Assembly: GCA_038240665.1 (NCBI GenBank)
Contig: JBBRGN010000001.1
Location: 1,341 to 65,340, forward strand
DNA length: 64,000 nt
Reading direction: 5' to 3'
Source: Chitinophagales bacterium
Lineage (GTDB): Bacteria; Bacteroidota; Bacteroidia; Chitinophagales; Saprospiraceae
Below are positions 48,465-58,307 of the stretch, piece after piece (position 1 is the stretch's first letter; the number at the start of each line of letters is the position of its first letter). Made by a program: the position numbers and the translations under genes. The notes under the pieces were generated by a model, which did not search any database, had not been told where the DNA came from, and saw only the letters and a list, made by a program, of their open reading frames with translations.

Positions 48465-49769
48465 ATGAAAAATAAATTGATTGCTGCCTTGGCCATGTTG
48501 CTGCTGGTCGGTACCCTGCGCGCTCAGGTAGCTTCTGCCAATAAAGGCGTTTTTCTATTGACCAACGCCACCATTGAAACCATCACCAAAGGCGTGGTGA
48601 AGGGTTCTATTTTGATTCAGGATGGAAAGATTGCCGGTTTGGGCGCTAATCTGATCGCGCCTGCAAACGCTAAAGTCATCGATTGCAGCGGGCTTACCTT
48701 GTATCCTGGCTTGATCGACGCCGGAACGAAGATAGGGATTGGCGAAATCTCTGCCGTTTCCGTTTCCAACGACTTTGATGAAGTAGGCGAATTAGCACCG
48801 CAGATGCAAGCGCTTACCGCAGTCAACCCCAGTTCGCCCGCCATTGCGGTTACGCGCGTAGGCGGCGTTACCACGGCGCTTACCGTGCCTGGTGGCAGCG
48901 GACGTTTTCCAGGTACTGCTGCTTTGATCAATTTGGTAGGTTACACCCCTGATCAGATGTATACAGGCTTTAAAGGCATCGTGTTGGAATTTCCAACGTC
49001 GGCTGGCGGCAATCGTTTTTTTGATCAGCGCAGTGATGAAGACCGCAAAAAAGATGAAGAAAAAGCGCAAAAACGCCTAACCGACATCTGGGCACAAGCC
49101 TTGTTGTACAGCAAAATTGATTCTGCTTCTGCAGGCAACCCAAGCACCAAGCCTCAATTCAATCCAGAAATGGCGGCTCTGATGCCGGTAGTTCGTGGGC
49201 AAATGACACTTTTGGTGGAGGTAGACAAAGCCGAAGACATTGAATCGGCCATCAAGTGGGTACAAGCGCGTAAGATCAAAAAGGTGATTTTTACGGGCGT
49301 ATCCGAAGGCTGGCGCGTAGCGGATAAATTAGCTAAGGCCAATATTCCAGTGATCACTGGTCCAGTGATTGATTTACCCACGCGGACTTCAGATCGTTAT
49401 GATCGGCCTTATGCCAATCCGGGTTTGATGAAAAAAGCAGGCGTAAAAGTAGCCATCCGTTCCAATAGTACGGAGAATGCGCGCAACTTGCCATTCCACG
49501 CGGGTTTTGCTGCTGCTTATGGCATGGGACGCGAAGAGGCACTAAGAGCCATTACGATTGTACCCGCAGAATTGCTGGGGGTAGCAGATCACTTGGGATC
49601 TTTGGAAGTAGGTAAAAGCGCTACGCTGTTTGCTTCCAGTGGCGACCCAATGGAACCCAGATCGCAAATCGTACATGTGTTCATCGATGGCTGGCAGATC
49701 CCCTTGGATAGTCGACACATCCAATTGTACCAAGAGTTTTTGAAACGATCGCCTGGCGTGGATAAGTAA
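48465..49769 (+). CDS. Amidohydrolase-family protein (metal ligands absent)
   Basis: Signal peptide; PGLIDAGTK, T..PAELLG...LGSLEVGKSA. Confidence 0.88.
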   Translation: MKNKLIAALAMLLLVGTLRAQVASANKGVFLLTNATIETITKGVVKGSILIQDGKIAGLGANLIAPANAKVIDCSGLTLYPGLIDAGTKIGIGEISAVSVSNDFDEVGELAPQMQALTAVNPSSPAIAVTRVGGVTTALTVPGGSGRFPGTAALINLVGYTPDQMYTGFKGIVLEFPTSAGGNRFFDQRSDEDRKKDEEKAQKRLTDIWAQALLYSKIDSASAGNPSTKPQFNPEMAALMPVVRGQMTLLVEVDKAEDIESAIKWVQARKIKKVIFTGVSEGWRVADKLAKANIPVITGPVIDLPTRTSDRYDRPYANPGLMKKAGVKVAIRSNSTENARNLPFHAGFAAAYGMGREEALRAITIVPAELLGVADHLGSLEVGKSATLFASSGDPMEPRSQIVHVFIDGWQIPLDSRHIQLYQEFLKRSPGVDK

Positions 49770-49772
49770 ACG

Positions 49773-49820
49773 AAAAAAAGGTCGAAACCGAGAATAAAAA
49801 CTCGGTTTCGACCTTTTTTT
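49773..49820. terminator. Bidirectional terminator
   Basis: AAAAAAAGGTCGAAACCGAG-loop-CTCGGTTTCGACCTTTTTTT, perfect IR between convergent genes. Confidence 0.9.
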
Positions 49821-49848
49821 GCTTAAAATTAGGTTCTCAAAAATAGCA

Positions 49849-50646
49849 TCAAGAACAATCCCAATTGTACCAAACGCGATCGAATCGCATGGCCGCCAGA
49901 TCATCAGCAGGGATAAAGAAATTGGCAATTCCCATATCACCCCATACCATCCCCAAATCGCTGTCTGAATCCAATTGTAGCAATAGCAAGTAGTCCGCAC
50001 CTAGTGGCCGCGGATCTTCTTGGGTAAAAAAAGCATAGCCGCCCATCTTGGATCCCGCAGCTTTTGATCCCAGATCATAGAAAAAATCAAAGGCCTCGTC
50101 TTTGTCATTGCCTAAGCCGTCCAGAAATACTTCATCAAAAACCTGATCAAAGTGAAAATCAGGCGGCCCCAGAAACTCATCCTCCAAGGTAAATTGCAGT
50201 GCGCGGCTGGCAGAAGGATTGTTCAAAGGAATACCCTCGTCAAATAACGGTAAAAAGGAAAAATCCGTGGTCAATTGCGCTACATTAGCCAGCACCTCAG
50301 GATAGTACAATACCCGAAAATTATTGGCCTTGGTAGGTGCCTCAAAATCCAGCCCATACAGTTCATCATCAAGAATAAAAAACTGGATGATCCCATGAGT
50401 AGGAAAAGAAGCTAGTTTAGGTAGTTCGGCACAATTAATTTGCGCTAAAAAAAACAGTGGTCGGCCTTGGTCATTTTTAGGATATGGTGCTCCCAAAGCA
50501 AGATAAGGCGTACCTCCCAGTTTACTCTGCCATGCATGTACAAATGCAGTCGTTTGTGGATGAAGCCGAATGGTTTGTTGCTGCGTAGCCAAAATTCGGT
50601 CTTGGTATGGTAGTAAAATAGCAGGTAATGGTGGTAAAAGGCTCAT
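49849..50646 (-). CDS. YwqG / DUF1963 family protein
   Basis: SKLGGTPY, FLAQIN, KMGGYAFFTQEDPR, LLLQLDS, WGDMGIANFFI, YNWDCS. Confidence 0.9.
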   Translation of the reverse strand: MSLLPPLPAILLPYQDRILATQQQTIRLHPQTTAFVHAWQSKLGGTPYLALGAPYPKNDQGRPLFFLAQINCAELPKLASFPTHGIIQFFILDDELYGLDFEAPTKANNFRVLYYPEVLANVAQLTTDFSFLPLFDEGIPLNNPSASRALQFTLEDEFLGPPDFHFDQVFDEVFLDGLGNDKDEAFDFFYDLGSKAAGSKMGGYAFFTQEDPRPLGADYLLLLQLDSDSDLGMVWGDMGIANFFIPADDLAAMRFDRVWYNWDCS

Positions 50647-50870
50647 TTGTTTTAATCGGTTTGTTTTCGAACTAGATCGAAAATTTAATTTTGCGTCTTT
50701 CGTTCCAAACTATACTCCTAATTCATTCCTAAAAGACGAATATAGACATTATCTTTTTTCAGTTCTTCAGCTCGTGGTAAAAGTTATGCAACTTTCAATA
50801 TTTTTTGAACTTAATTCTATCCGTGTAGTTAAGAGAATACGTTTAGCAAAAAGCAAATCCTGTATAAATC

Positions 50871-53162
50871 ATGTCCAACCGATTTCGGATTTTGGTGCTT
50901 AGTGCCTTTGTAGTGCTCGCTGCCGGTAGCATCTACTTTGTTCCCCGACTGCATTTCGTTTTCAGTTTCGAGCAGTTTTTTCCAGTGGGCGACCCTGATT
51001 TAGAAGTATTCCGGGAGTTTACCCGTGATTTTGAAACCGATGACAACTTTCTTTTGGTAGCCGTACAGCGACCGCAAGGCGTGTTTGAACAACAGTTTTT
51101 GCGCAAATTCCATGATTTCACGCTGGCTTGCCGAGACCTGCCATACGTGAAAGACGTACAGTCGTTGACTAAAATCGGGTATCCAATCAAGACGCCTTTT
51201 TCCATAACGACGATACCAACCATCCACATCGATGATCCCTCGCGCTATGCGGCCGACCGGGAGCGCGTGCTCCATGATGAGCGCTTTGTGCGCAACCTTA
51301 TCTCCAAAGATGGAACAACCTTGGTGATAGTGCTCAAAACCATCAACAGCATGGAGTTGGAACAGGCGCAAGCACTACTCAAATCGCTGAATAAATCCAT
51401 TGAAAAATATCATTTTCCAGCACATTATTATCTTGGTCGGTCTTATTTTCAAATGGAAATAGTGGCCATGCAAAAAAAGGAAATCATCTTCTCCACGATT
51501 GTTTCGGCCATTTTGGTGACCATCGTGATGTATTTGGTTTTTCGCCGTTTTTGGGGCACAGTCATCGCGGTCATGTCCTTAGCATTGGGACTTTTACTGT
51601 TCGTAGGTTTTTTGGGTGCTTTTGTACGGGAGTTGAGTGCGCTTTCGGCCCTTTACCCGGTGTTGGTTTTGATCATTGGCACTTCGGATATCGTCCACAT
51701 CATGTCCAAATACGGGGACGAATTGCATAAAGGCTTGGATCGAAACACGGCAATATGGAATACAATCCGCGATGTAGGCTTGGCCACCTTTATGACCGCC
51801 CTTACCACCGCTATTGGTTTTGCTACCTTGGTATCGAATCGCATCAAACCCATTCAAGACTTTGGGATCAATGCTGCAGTAGGAGTTGGCATCGCTTACT
51901 TTACGGTGATTTTATTTACTTCTGTTTCCATGACATGGTTTCGACCCGATCAAATCGCCCAACCCATTAAGGAACATGCATTTTGGGATCAGCTCATGGA
52001 ATGGATCGTACGTTTTACTCGGGAGCGTTCCCGAGCGATCATTGGGGCTACTTGCGCGGTTTGTATCCTCAGCGTCATTGGCATTGCAAAGATTACCACC
52101 AACTACAATATTCTCAGTAACCTCCCCCAAAACAGCAAGATCACCGATGATTTTCTGTTTTTTGAACATACACTAACTGGATTTCGGCCATTAGAACTAG
52201 CCGTTTACGTACAGGGCAAGCATCGTGCCAACGATTTTGAGGTGATCAAGGAAATGGATAAAATCGAGCAACACCTCAAGCAATTTTCCTTTATTCAAGC
52301 CACTACTTCGATTACCAGCGTGTACAAAAGCATCAATCAGATGTACAACAATAACCGAGCTGATGCTTACAAGTTACCCGATAACTCAGGTCGTTTTGGA
52401 GAATACCAGCGTTTGGCCCGGCGCATGCCGCAGTCTACCAGCAGCATATTGGTGAGTAAAAACGGTAAAAAGGCTCGGATTACTTCCCGCTTGAGCGATG
52501 TTGGAGCGGATCGTATTAAGGAATTTAGTCTAAAACTACAAAGCTGGATCAAAGTCCATATTGATCCCGACGTCATTCGAGTGGAACGTACGGGTACCGG
52601 CCTGATCATCGATAAAAATGCCGCATACATCCGCAGCAATTTGCTGATGGGTTTGGCTTCTTCCGTGGGTATCATCAGCCTCATTATTGCCTTTGTGCTG
52701 CGCAGCTGGCGCATGATGATCGTGTTTTTGGTTCCAAACTTGATTCCCTTGCTGGTAGCCGGAGGCTTGCTGGGTTATTGGGGCGTTGAATTGGATGCCG
52801 GGATTTCCATCGTATTTTCGGTCGTATTTGGCATCGCCGTTGATGATACCATCCATTTTTTAAGTAAACTAAAAATTGAACAGGCACGAGGGCGCAGTGT
52901 AGAAGAAGCCATTCGCCATACCTTGTTGGAAACCGGTAAAGCCATGATTTTGACTACTGTATTTTTGTTTTTTGGCTTTTTGGTATTGATGTTTTCAAAA
53001 AACCCCACCAGCATAGTTGTGGGCGTAATGACCAGCCTTACCTTGGTAGCTGGTATGATTACCGAACTTACCTTAGCGCCCGTTTTGGTGCGGTGGTTGA
53101 TCAAGGATAAAAATAGTGCGCTAGCAGATGAACCAGAGCTTGTTGCCGCCAATCATTCTTGA
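50871..53162 (+). CDS. MMPL/RND family exporter
   Basis: Two repeats of periplasmic domain + TM bundle; ALTTAIGF, GIAVDDTIHF, ETGKA. Confidence 0.9.
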   Translation: MSNRFRILVLSAFVVLAAGSIYFVPRLHFVFSFEQFFPVGDPDLEVFREFTRDFETDDNFLLVAVQRPQGVFEQQFLRKFHDFTLACRDLPYVKDVQSLTKIGYPIKTPFSITTIPTIHIDDPSRYAADRERVLHDERFVRNLISKDGTTLVIVLKTINSMELEQAQALLKSLNKSIEKYHFPAHYYLGRSYFQMEIVAMQKKEIIFSTIVSAILVTIVMYLVFRRFWGTVIAVMSLALGLLLFVGFLGAFVRELSALSALYPVLVLIIGTSDIVHIMSKYGDELHKGLDRNTAIWNTIRDVGLATFMTALTTAIGFATLVSNRIKPIQDFGINAAVGVGIAYFTVILFTSVSMTWFRPDQIAQPIKEHAFWDQLMEWIVRFTRERSRAIIGATCAVCILSVIGIAKITTNYNILSNLPQNSKITDDFLFFEHTLTGFRPLELAVYVQGKHRANDFEVIKEMDKIEQHLKQFSFIQATTSITSVYKSINQMYNNNRADAYKLPDNSGRFGEYQRLARRMPQSTSSILVSKNGKKARITSRLSDVGADRIKEFSLKLQSWIKVHIDPDVIRVERTGTGLIIDKNAAYIRSNLLMGLASSVGIISLIIAFVLRSWRMMIVFLVPNLIPLLVAGGLLGYWGVELDAGISIVFSVVFGIAVDDTIHFLSKLKIEQARGRSVEEAIRHTLLETGKAMILTTVFLFFGFLVLMFSKNPTSIVVGVMTSLTLVAGMITELTLAPVLVRWLIKDKNSALADEPELVAANHS

Positions 53163-53938
53163 GGAAGGTTGGTGCTGGCAATAAGGTTGGTAAGCGTAAC
53201 ATAATCGCTTAGACTCAATTGCTCTGGTCTTTTTTGGTAAAATGGATCCTCAAGCACAGTAAGGTCGTTGGAAAAAAACGTTTTCAGCGTATTGCGCAAC
53301 ATTTTGCGGCGTTGACCAAAAGCCGTTTTGACTACGCGTTTAAAAATAACTTCATCGCATCCCAGCGTTTGATCCGGTTTACGCCACAAACGAATGACGC
53401 CCGATTGCACTTGTGGCGGCGGAGTAAAACACGTGCGATCTACATCAAAAAGATATTCGCCATCATAAAAAGCCTGCGTCAAAACGCTGATGACGCCATA
53501 AGTTTTACTTCCTGGCGGCGCGATGATGCGCTGGGCCATTTCTTTTTGAAACATCCCCACCAGCTCCGGGATGTAAACTTTATAATCAAGCATTTTAAAT
53601 ACGATCTGCGAGGAGATATTGTAAGGAAAATTGCCAATCAATCCAAAAGAAGCGCCTTCAAAGACAGTGCTCAAATCCAACCGCAGAAAATCGCCAGCTA
53701 AGATGCGCCCTTGTAATTGTGTAAAATTTTTTTCCAAGTAAGCCACCATGTCCTTATCTGCTTCAGCGACCTTTAGTCCATAGGGCTTTTTCAGCAAGTA
53801 CTTGGTCAGCATTGCCCGTCCGGGGCCTACTTCCAGCACTTGATCATAAGTATCGGTAAGCATTAAGCTATCGGCAATTTGCTCGGCCAGGTCTTCCCGA
53901 TTAAGGAAATGTTGGCCAAAAGATTTTTTTGCTTTCAA
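53153..53938 (-). CDS. rsmA: 16S rRNA m6,2A1518/1519 dimethyltransferase
   Basis: KKSFGQHFL, LEVGPG, GNFPYNIS, MFQKE, F.PPP.V.S, FGQRRKMLRN. Confidence 0.97.
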   Translation of the reverse strand: MKAKKSFGQHFLNREDLAEQIADSLMLTDTYDQVLEVGPGRAMLTKYLLKKPYGLKVAEADKDMVAYLEKNFTQLQGRILAGDFLRLDLSTVFEGASFGLIGNFPYNISSQIVFKMLDYKVYIPELVGMFQKEMAQRIIAPPGSKTYGVISVLTQAFYDGEYLFDVDRTCFTPPPQVQSGVIRLWRKPDQTLGCDEVIFKRVVKTAFGQRRKMLRNTLKTFFSNDLTVLEDPFYQKRPEQLSLSDYVTLTNLIASTNLPQE

Positions 53939-53995
53939 GAAGGTTTGATATTATCTGCGAATTCCGCGAAATCTAGGTTATATTTCTGCGTTGTT

Positions 53996-54003
53996 TATCT
54001 TTG
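53996..54003 (+). promoter_or_regulatory. -7 promoter element for pdxA
   Basis: TATCTTTG upstream of pdxA. Confidence 0.5.
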
Positions 54004-54155
54004 CAAAACTAGATAAAATACTTGATTACCAACACGTACCCTGTTTTTACCCTAACCTTGTCTTTTTATCTTGTTTATCGCTTTGATGATCAACAATTTG
54101 AATGAAAAGGTGGTAATATTAAAAATAGAGTTCTTGCAGGAAGAATAAGAAGCAG

Positions 54156-55385
54156 ATGGAACAAATAAATGAAAGGCCTGATAAACCCAGGATAGGAATC
54201 AGCGTTGGCGATATCAATGGCATTGGGTTAGAAGTGATTTTAAAAACGCTAGCCATCCCTGAAGTGATCAATTTCTGCATCCCCGTGGTGTATGGATCTT
54301 CAAAAGTCATTTCTTATCATAAAAACATTGTCGGTGTAGAGTTTCCCTTCCACCAACTTCGCGGAGCAGAAAAATTGATGCCTGATCGCGTCAACATAGT
54401 CAACTGCTGGCAAGAAAACGTAAACATCACCCTGGGTAAAGCCAGTGATGTAGGCGGAAAATATGCCTTTAAATCCCTTGAAGCGGCGGTAAAAGACCTC
54501 AAAGCAGGCCAAATCGATGGTTTGGTAACTGCGCCCATCAATAAAGAAGCCATGAACATGGCAGGGTTTCCCTTTCCAGGGCATACCGAGTACCTGGCTC
54601 AGGAATTGGGCAACGGAGAAAGCCTCATGTTGATGGCAAGCGAAGATTTACGCATCGGTATTGCTACCAATCACACCCCGCTCAAGATGGTGTCTTCCAA
54701 GATCACCAAAGAGTTTATAGTCCGTAAAATTCGGGTATTTGAAGAGGCGCTCCGCATTGACTTTGGTATTGGTCGACCTACAATTGCCGTCCTTGGCCTT
54801 AATCCACACGCTGGCGACGGCGGCGTATTGGGAGAAGAGGATGACAAATTTATTCGGCCAGCGGTGATTGAGTGCAAAAAAAATGGCATCATCACGGTGG
54901 GGCCATTTCCTGCTGATGGTTTCTTTGGTTCTGGCGAATACAAAAAATACAATGGCATCTTGGCCATGTACCATGATCAAGGCTTAATTCCATTCAAACT
55001 CCTCACCTTTGGGTCAGGCATCAATTTTACCGCTGGTTTGAAGGGCGTACGTACTTCTCCCGACCACGGTACGGCTTTTGATATTGCTGGCCAAAACGAA
55101 GCAGATCCCACTTCATTTCGCGATGCTTTGTTCGCAGCAATCGACATTGCCCGAAGCCGGAAGGAATACTTCGACGATCATGCCAATGCGTTGGTAAAAC
55201 GCAGCAATATTCGCAGCGAAGATGAAAACGAACCCGTAGAAATAGTCGTAGAAGAGGAAGAAGTTCAGATCAGTACCCTAGCACCTAGTGCAAAAGTTAG
55301 GTTCCTTGAGGAAGAAGAGGGCGATGAAGAAGAAGAGGGCGATGAAGAGGATTATGAAGACGAGGAAGAAGACGAGCTGGTATAA
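54156..55385 (+). CDS. pdxA: 4-hydroxythreonine-4-phosphate dehydrogenase with acidic C-terminal tail
   Basis: GDINGIG, VTAPINK, GHTEYL, LNPHAGD, AMYHDQG, RTSPDHGTAFDIAG. Confidence 0.96.
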   Translation: MEQINERPDKPRIGISVGDINGIGLEVILKTLAIPEVINFCIPVVYGSSKVISYHKNIVGVEFPFHQLRGAEKLMPDRVNIVNCWQENVNITLGKASDVGGKYAFKSLEAAVKDLKAGQIDGLVTAPINKEAMNMAGFPFPGHTEYLAQELGNGESLMLMASEDLRIGIATNHTPLKMVSSKITKEFIVRKIRVFEEALRIDFGIGRPTIAVLGLNPHAGDGGVLGEEDDKFIRPAVIECKKNGIITVGPFPADGFFGSGEYKKYNGILAMYHDQGLIPFKLLTFGSGINFTAGLKGVRTSPDHGTAFDIAGQNEADPTSFRDALFAAIDIARSRKEYFDDHANALVKRSNIRSEDENEPVEIVVEEEEVQISTLAPSAKVRFLEEEEGDEEEEGDEEDYEDEEEDELV

Positions 55386-55478
55386 GTAGAGTTGAATCAA
55401 TTTATGGATTACTCAGGGATAAGTTTTGTACGGTGATACAACTCAATCTTTGGCCATCTGTATTAATGCGAAATCATT

Positions 55479-56198
55479 TTGAAGAATTTAAGCAAAGCCG
55501 GACTGCTCATTTTAGCAGTGCTCATTCTGGATCAATCCCTCAAGATATGGGTCAAAACCCACCTGGGTTATGGCGAGGAGATCAAAATTTTTGGCAAAGA
55601 ATGGGCCTTAATTCATTTTGTGGAAAACAATGGCATGGCCTTTGGTTTGTCCCTTGGCGGGGATTACGGCAAACTGGCCCTGAGTTTATTCCGGATTCTA
55701 GCTGTGGTGTTTCTGATTTTTTTCATCCGCCAATTGGTGCAGGAAAAGGCCAAATTTGGCGTATTGGCCAGTTTTGCGCTTATTCTTGCCGGAGCACTGG
55801 GCAATATTCTGGATAGCGCCTTTTATGGTCTCATCTTTTCTGAATCCCCTTTTCATGGCGGTTTAGCTACGCTTTTTCCTAAAGAAGGCGGCTATGCTGG
55901 TTTTTTACATGGTCGGGTGGTTGACATGCTGTACTTCCCGGTCATGCAAGGCATTTACCCCAAATGGGTTCCATTGATTGGCGGAACCAGTTACTTCTTT
56001 TTCAAACCCGTGTTCAACATCGCCGATATGTCCATTACTTTTGGCGTGTTTAATATTTTACTTTTCCAGCGGCAATTCTTTTTTCAGCAGCACAGCGAAA
56101 AAGGAACGACAAGCGTTACAAATCTTACCCCAGATAACCAAGAGCATGACATCACTGAATCAAGCAATTCAGATGAATCCTTGCGTACTTTAGAATAG
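55479..56198 (+). CDS. lspA: Lipoprotein signal peptidase
   Basis: DQSLK, ENNGMAFG, AGALGNILD, GRVVDM, VFNIAD. Confidence 0.95.
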   Translation: MKNLSKAGLLILAVLILDQSLKIWVKTHLGYGEEIKIFGKEWALIHFVENNGMAFGLSLGGDYGKLALSLFRILAVVFLIFFIRQLVQEKAKFGVLASFALILAGALGNILDSAFYGLIFSESPFHGGLATLFPKEGGYAGFLHGRVVDMLYFPVMQGIYPKWVPLIGGTSYFFFKPVFNIADMSITFGVFNILLFQRQFFFQQHSEKGTTSVTNLTPDNQEHDITESSNSDESLRTLE

Positions 56199-56219
56199 GA
56201 ATAGCGGTGATTTTGGGTT

Positions 56220-56265
56220 AAAAAGAAAGGGGACCACGTGATTTACGTGATCCCCTTTCTTTTTT
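56220..56265. terminator. Bidirectional terminator
   Basis: AAAAAGAAAGGGGA-CCACGT...ACGTGA-TCCCCTTTCTTTTT. Confidence 0.85.
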
Positions 56266-56284
56266 CTAGTAGTGCGTTCCAGGA

Positions 56285-56599
56285 TTACTTGCCGGAGTTG
56301 TTCAGAAATGACTTAATCGCATTAACTGTCTTGTCCACACGGTCGTAATCGATGCTGTAATGGATGAACTTGCCGTCACGATCTGTTTGTACCAATTCAG
56401 CATTGCGTAAGATACGCAGGTGCTGTGAAGTGATGGATTGCTCCAGCTTCAAGGTGTTATAGATCTTGTTGACATTGATGGCATCGCTCTGGTCGATGAA
56501 TTCCAAAATCTGCATCCGCAGAGGGTGTACAAGCGCACGAAGTAAATCCGTAGACGCTTTCAACTTTTCATTGTTGATGGTAACCTTAGCCTTTCTCAT
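56285..56599 (-). CDS. ArsR/SmtB family winged-helix regulator
   Basis: RALVHPLRMQIL, LEQSITSQHLRILR, RDGKFIHYS. Confidence 0.92.
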   Translation of the reverse strand: MRKAKVTINNEKLKASTDLLRALVHPLRMQILEFIDQSDAINVNKIYNTLKLEQSITSQHLRILRNAELVQTDRDGKFIHYSIDYDRVDKTVNAIKSFLNNSGK

Positions 56600-56745
56600 A
56601 GTTGTTTAATTGATCAAAAAATCGGCAAAGCAAATATGCGATTTTTTTTGATTTTTCCAAAACAAAATGAGAAAAAAATGCAAATCACCAGAAAAAAAGC
56701 ACCGGATACCAAAAAAAAACTACCGTTTTCTGGAAGTGAACCGGT

Positions 56746-57084
56746 TTAACCGATCAATTCTTCCACTAAACGAGAGATTTGTGCCAAGCGATCTTTGTTC
56801 AATGAGTAGTAAATGAACTTACCATTGCGTTTGGTATCTACTACTCCAGCACGGCGCAAGATGGCCAGGTGCTGAGAAGCAACCGACTGTTCGAGGCGCA
56901 GCTTGATGTAGATATCAGTTACGGTCATGGTTTCATTCTCCTCCAACAAATCGATCATCCGCTGACGCAATTTGTGGTTGACAGCACGCAATACCAATAC
57001 CGCTTTGCGCAATTCAGCATAATCCAATTGTACGTCGGTTTGGCCTTTTTTGAGGGTTACCAAGTCGTTCTTTTGCTTTCTCAT
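56746..57084 (-). CDS. ArsR/SmtB family winged-helix regulator
   Basis: RAVNHKLRQRM, LEQSVASQHLAILR, RNGKFIYYS. Confidence 0.92.
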   Translation of the reverse strand: MRKQKNDLVTLKKGQTDVQLDYAELRKAVLVLRAVNHKLRQRMIDLLEENETMTVTDIYIKLRLEQSVASQHLAILRRAGVVDTKRNGKFIYYSLNKDRLAQISRLVEELIG

Positions 57085-57367
57085 ATTCAGCTAAATAATT
57101 TGGATAAAAAATAGTCAACAATACAGCTAAAATTATACATGCAATTAATATGCCACATTTGTGAAAAGGGAAAGAAAGTTGAATTTATTTCTTTTCAACC
57201 TGAGTTTTTCCCATCTACAACTAACAAAATCTGTTCTTATACCGAAAAATGCGATTGATTCGCGAACCAAGTTATTTAAAATAGTCCATAAAATCAATTC
57301 TTTACGCATAACAATTCCGTAAACTGGAAAGAAATTAACAATATGAGGCATCATCACCGACACGCTC

Positions 57368-58057
57368 TTAAAGCCGACTTTTGGCAATAGTTATATTGGG
57401 CTGTTTGAGATATACGGGTTCCGTATACGCCAAATCCGAAAATAATTTTTGTTGAAAAGCAGCCTCTGCTAGTGGAGGCATTGCTTTAGCGGATGAGACA
57501 ACCGAGCTGAACCGCGCCAAAGTAGATTGAATGAGCGGTTCTATTTTTTTTGCACCGTTGCCTGCAAAGACCAACGAGCGATTTTGAACAAAGAAAGAAT
57601 CGAAACTATTTTCTGTTAGTGTTAATGCGTTGGGCGCTTCTATTACGATCCCCACTTGATCATATACCCCTAGATAAACTTCCATCCGTCGGGCATCAAT
57701 CATGGGGATGAAAAGCGCATCGGCATTATCTATGTTTTCTTGGACCGCGCCATGGGCGATGATCCATAAGGAATCTAAAGCGATAAGCGGTAATTGCAAT
57801 CCAAAACAAAATCCTTTGGCCGTGCTTAACCCCACTCTCAATGAAGTATAGGAACCAGGGCCAATACTTACTGCGATTGCTTCTAAATCCCCAAATTCGC
57901 GCTTGCTTTCTTGTAAACAGGCTTTGATCAAAAGGGTCAACTTGGAGGAATGGTCAAAATCACCTGATGCTTCTTGATATCCCTCTATCCTTCCATCCTG
58001 GGAGATTGCTACAGAACATCTTTCCGTAGAAGTCTCCATACAAAGCATTAACGCCAT
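57368..58057 (-). CDS. tsaB: tRNA t6A biosynthesis protein TsaB
   Basis: METSTERCSVA, HS, GPGSYTSLRVG, IDARRMEVY, EPVYLK. Confidence 0.95.
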   Translation of the reverse strand: MALMLCMETSTERCSVAISQDGRIEGYQEASGDFDHSSKLTLLIKACLQESKREFGDLEAIAVSIGPGSYTSLRVGLSTAKGFCFGLQLPLIALDSLWIIAHGAVQENIDNADALFIPMIDARRMEVYLGVYDQVGIVIEAPNALTLTENSFDSFFVQNRSLVFAGNGAKKIEPLIQSTLARFSSVVSSAKAMPPLAEAAFQQKLFSDLAYTEPVYLKQPNITIAKSRL

Positions 58058-58255
58058 TATATTGATAAAATTTTGTATAAAAGCTCTTTTCAGACGCAAT
58101 ATGTAAAAAAATTCATCAATGTGTTGAAAAAAATTCGCTGCAGACAGAAAAAACAAAAGCCAGCTCCCTTCCTTACTACCTCTAATCCCAGGATCAGTTA
58201 GGTCAATCCTTAGCCTTTTCCGCAAAACTATTCTACTGGTGCAAGTAAAAAGTCG

Positions 58256-58263
58256 TATTTTTG
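58256..58263 (+). promoter_or_regulatory. -7 promoter element for prfA
   Basis: TATTTTTG about 45 nt upstream of ATG 58308. Confidence 0.5.
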
Positions 58264-58307
58264 CACAGTTTTTCAAAAACGTTATTGCAATAAAGCTCAG
58301 CAGGATT

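Noticed and set aside
53153-53162. Convergent 10-nt overlap of the MMPL gene and rsmA
   Set aside because: Short tail-to-tail overlaps are common and uninformative
58058-58307. Overlapping divergent N-terminal extensions of tsaB and prfA (also long upstream starts for gmd, wecB, GT2)
   Set aside because: ORF-caller extensions; family-consistent ATG starts lie downstream
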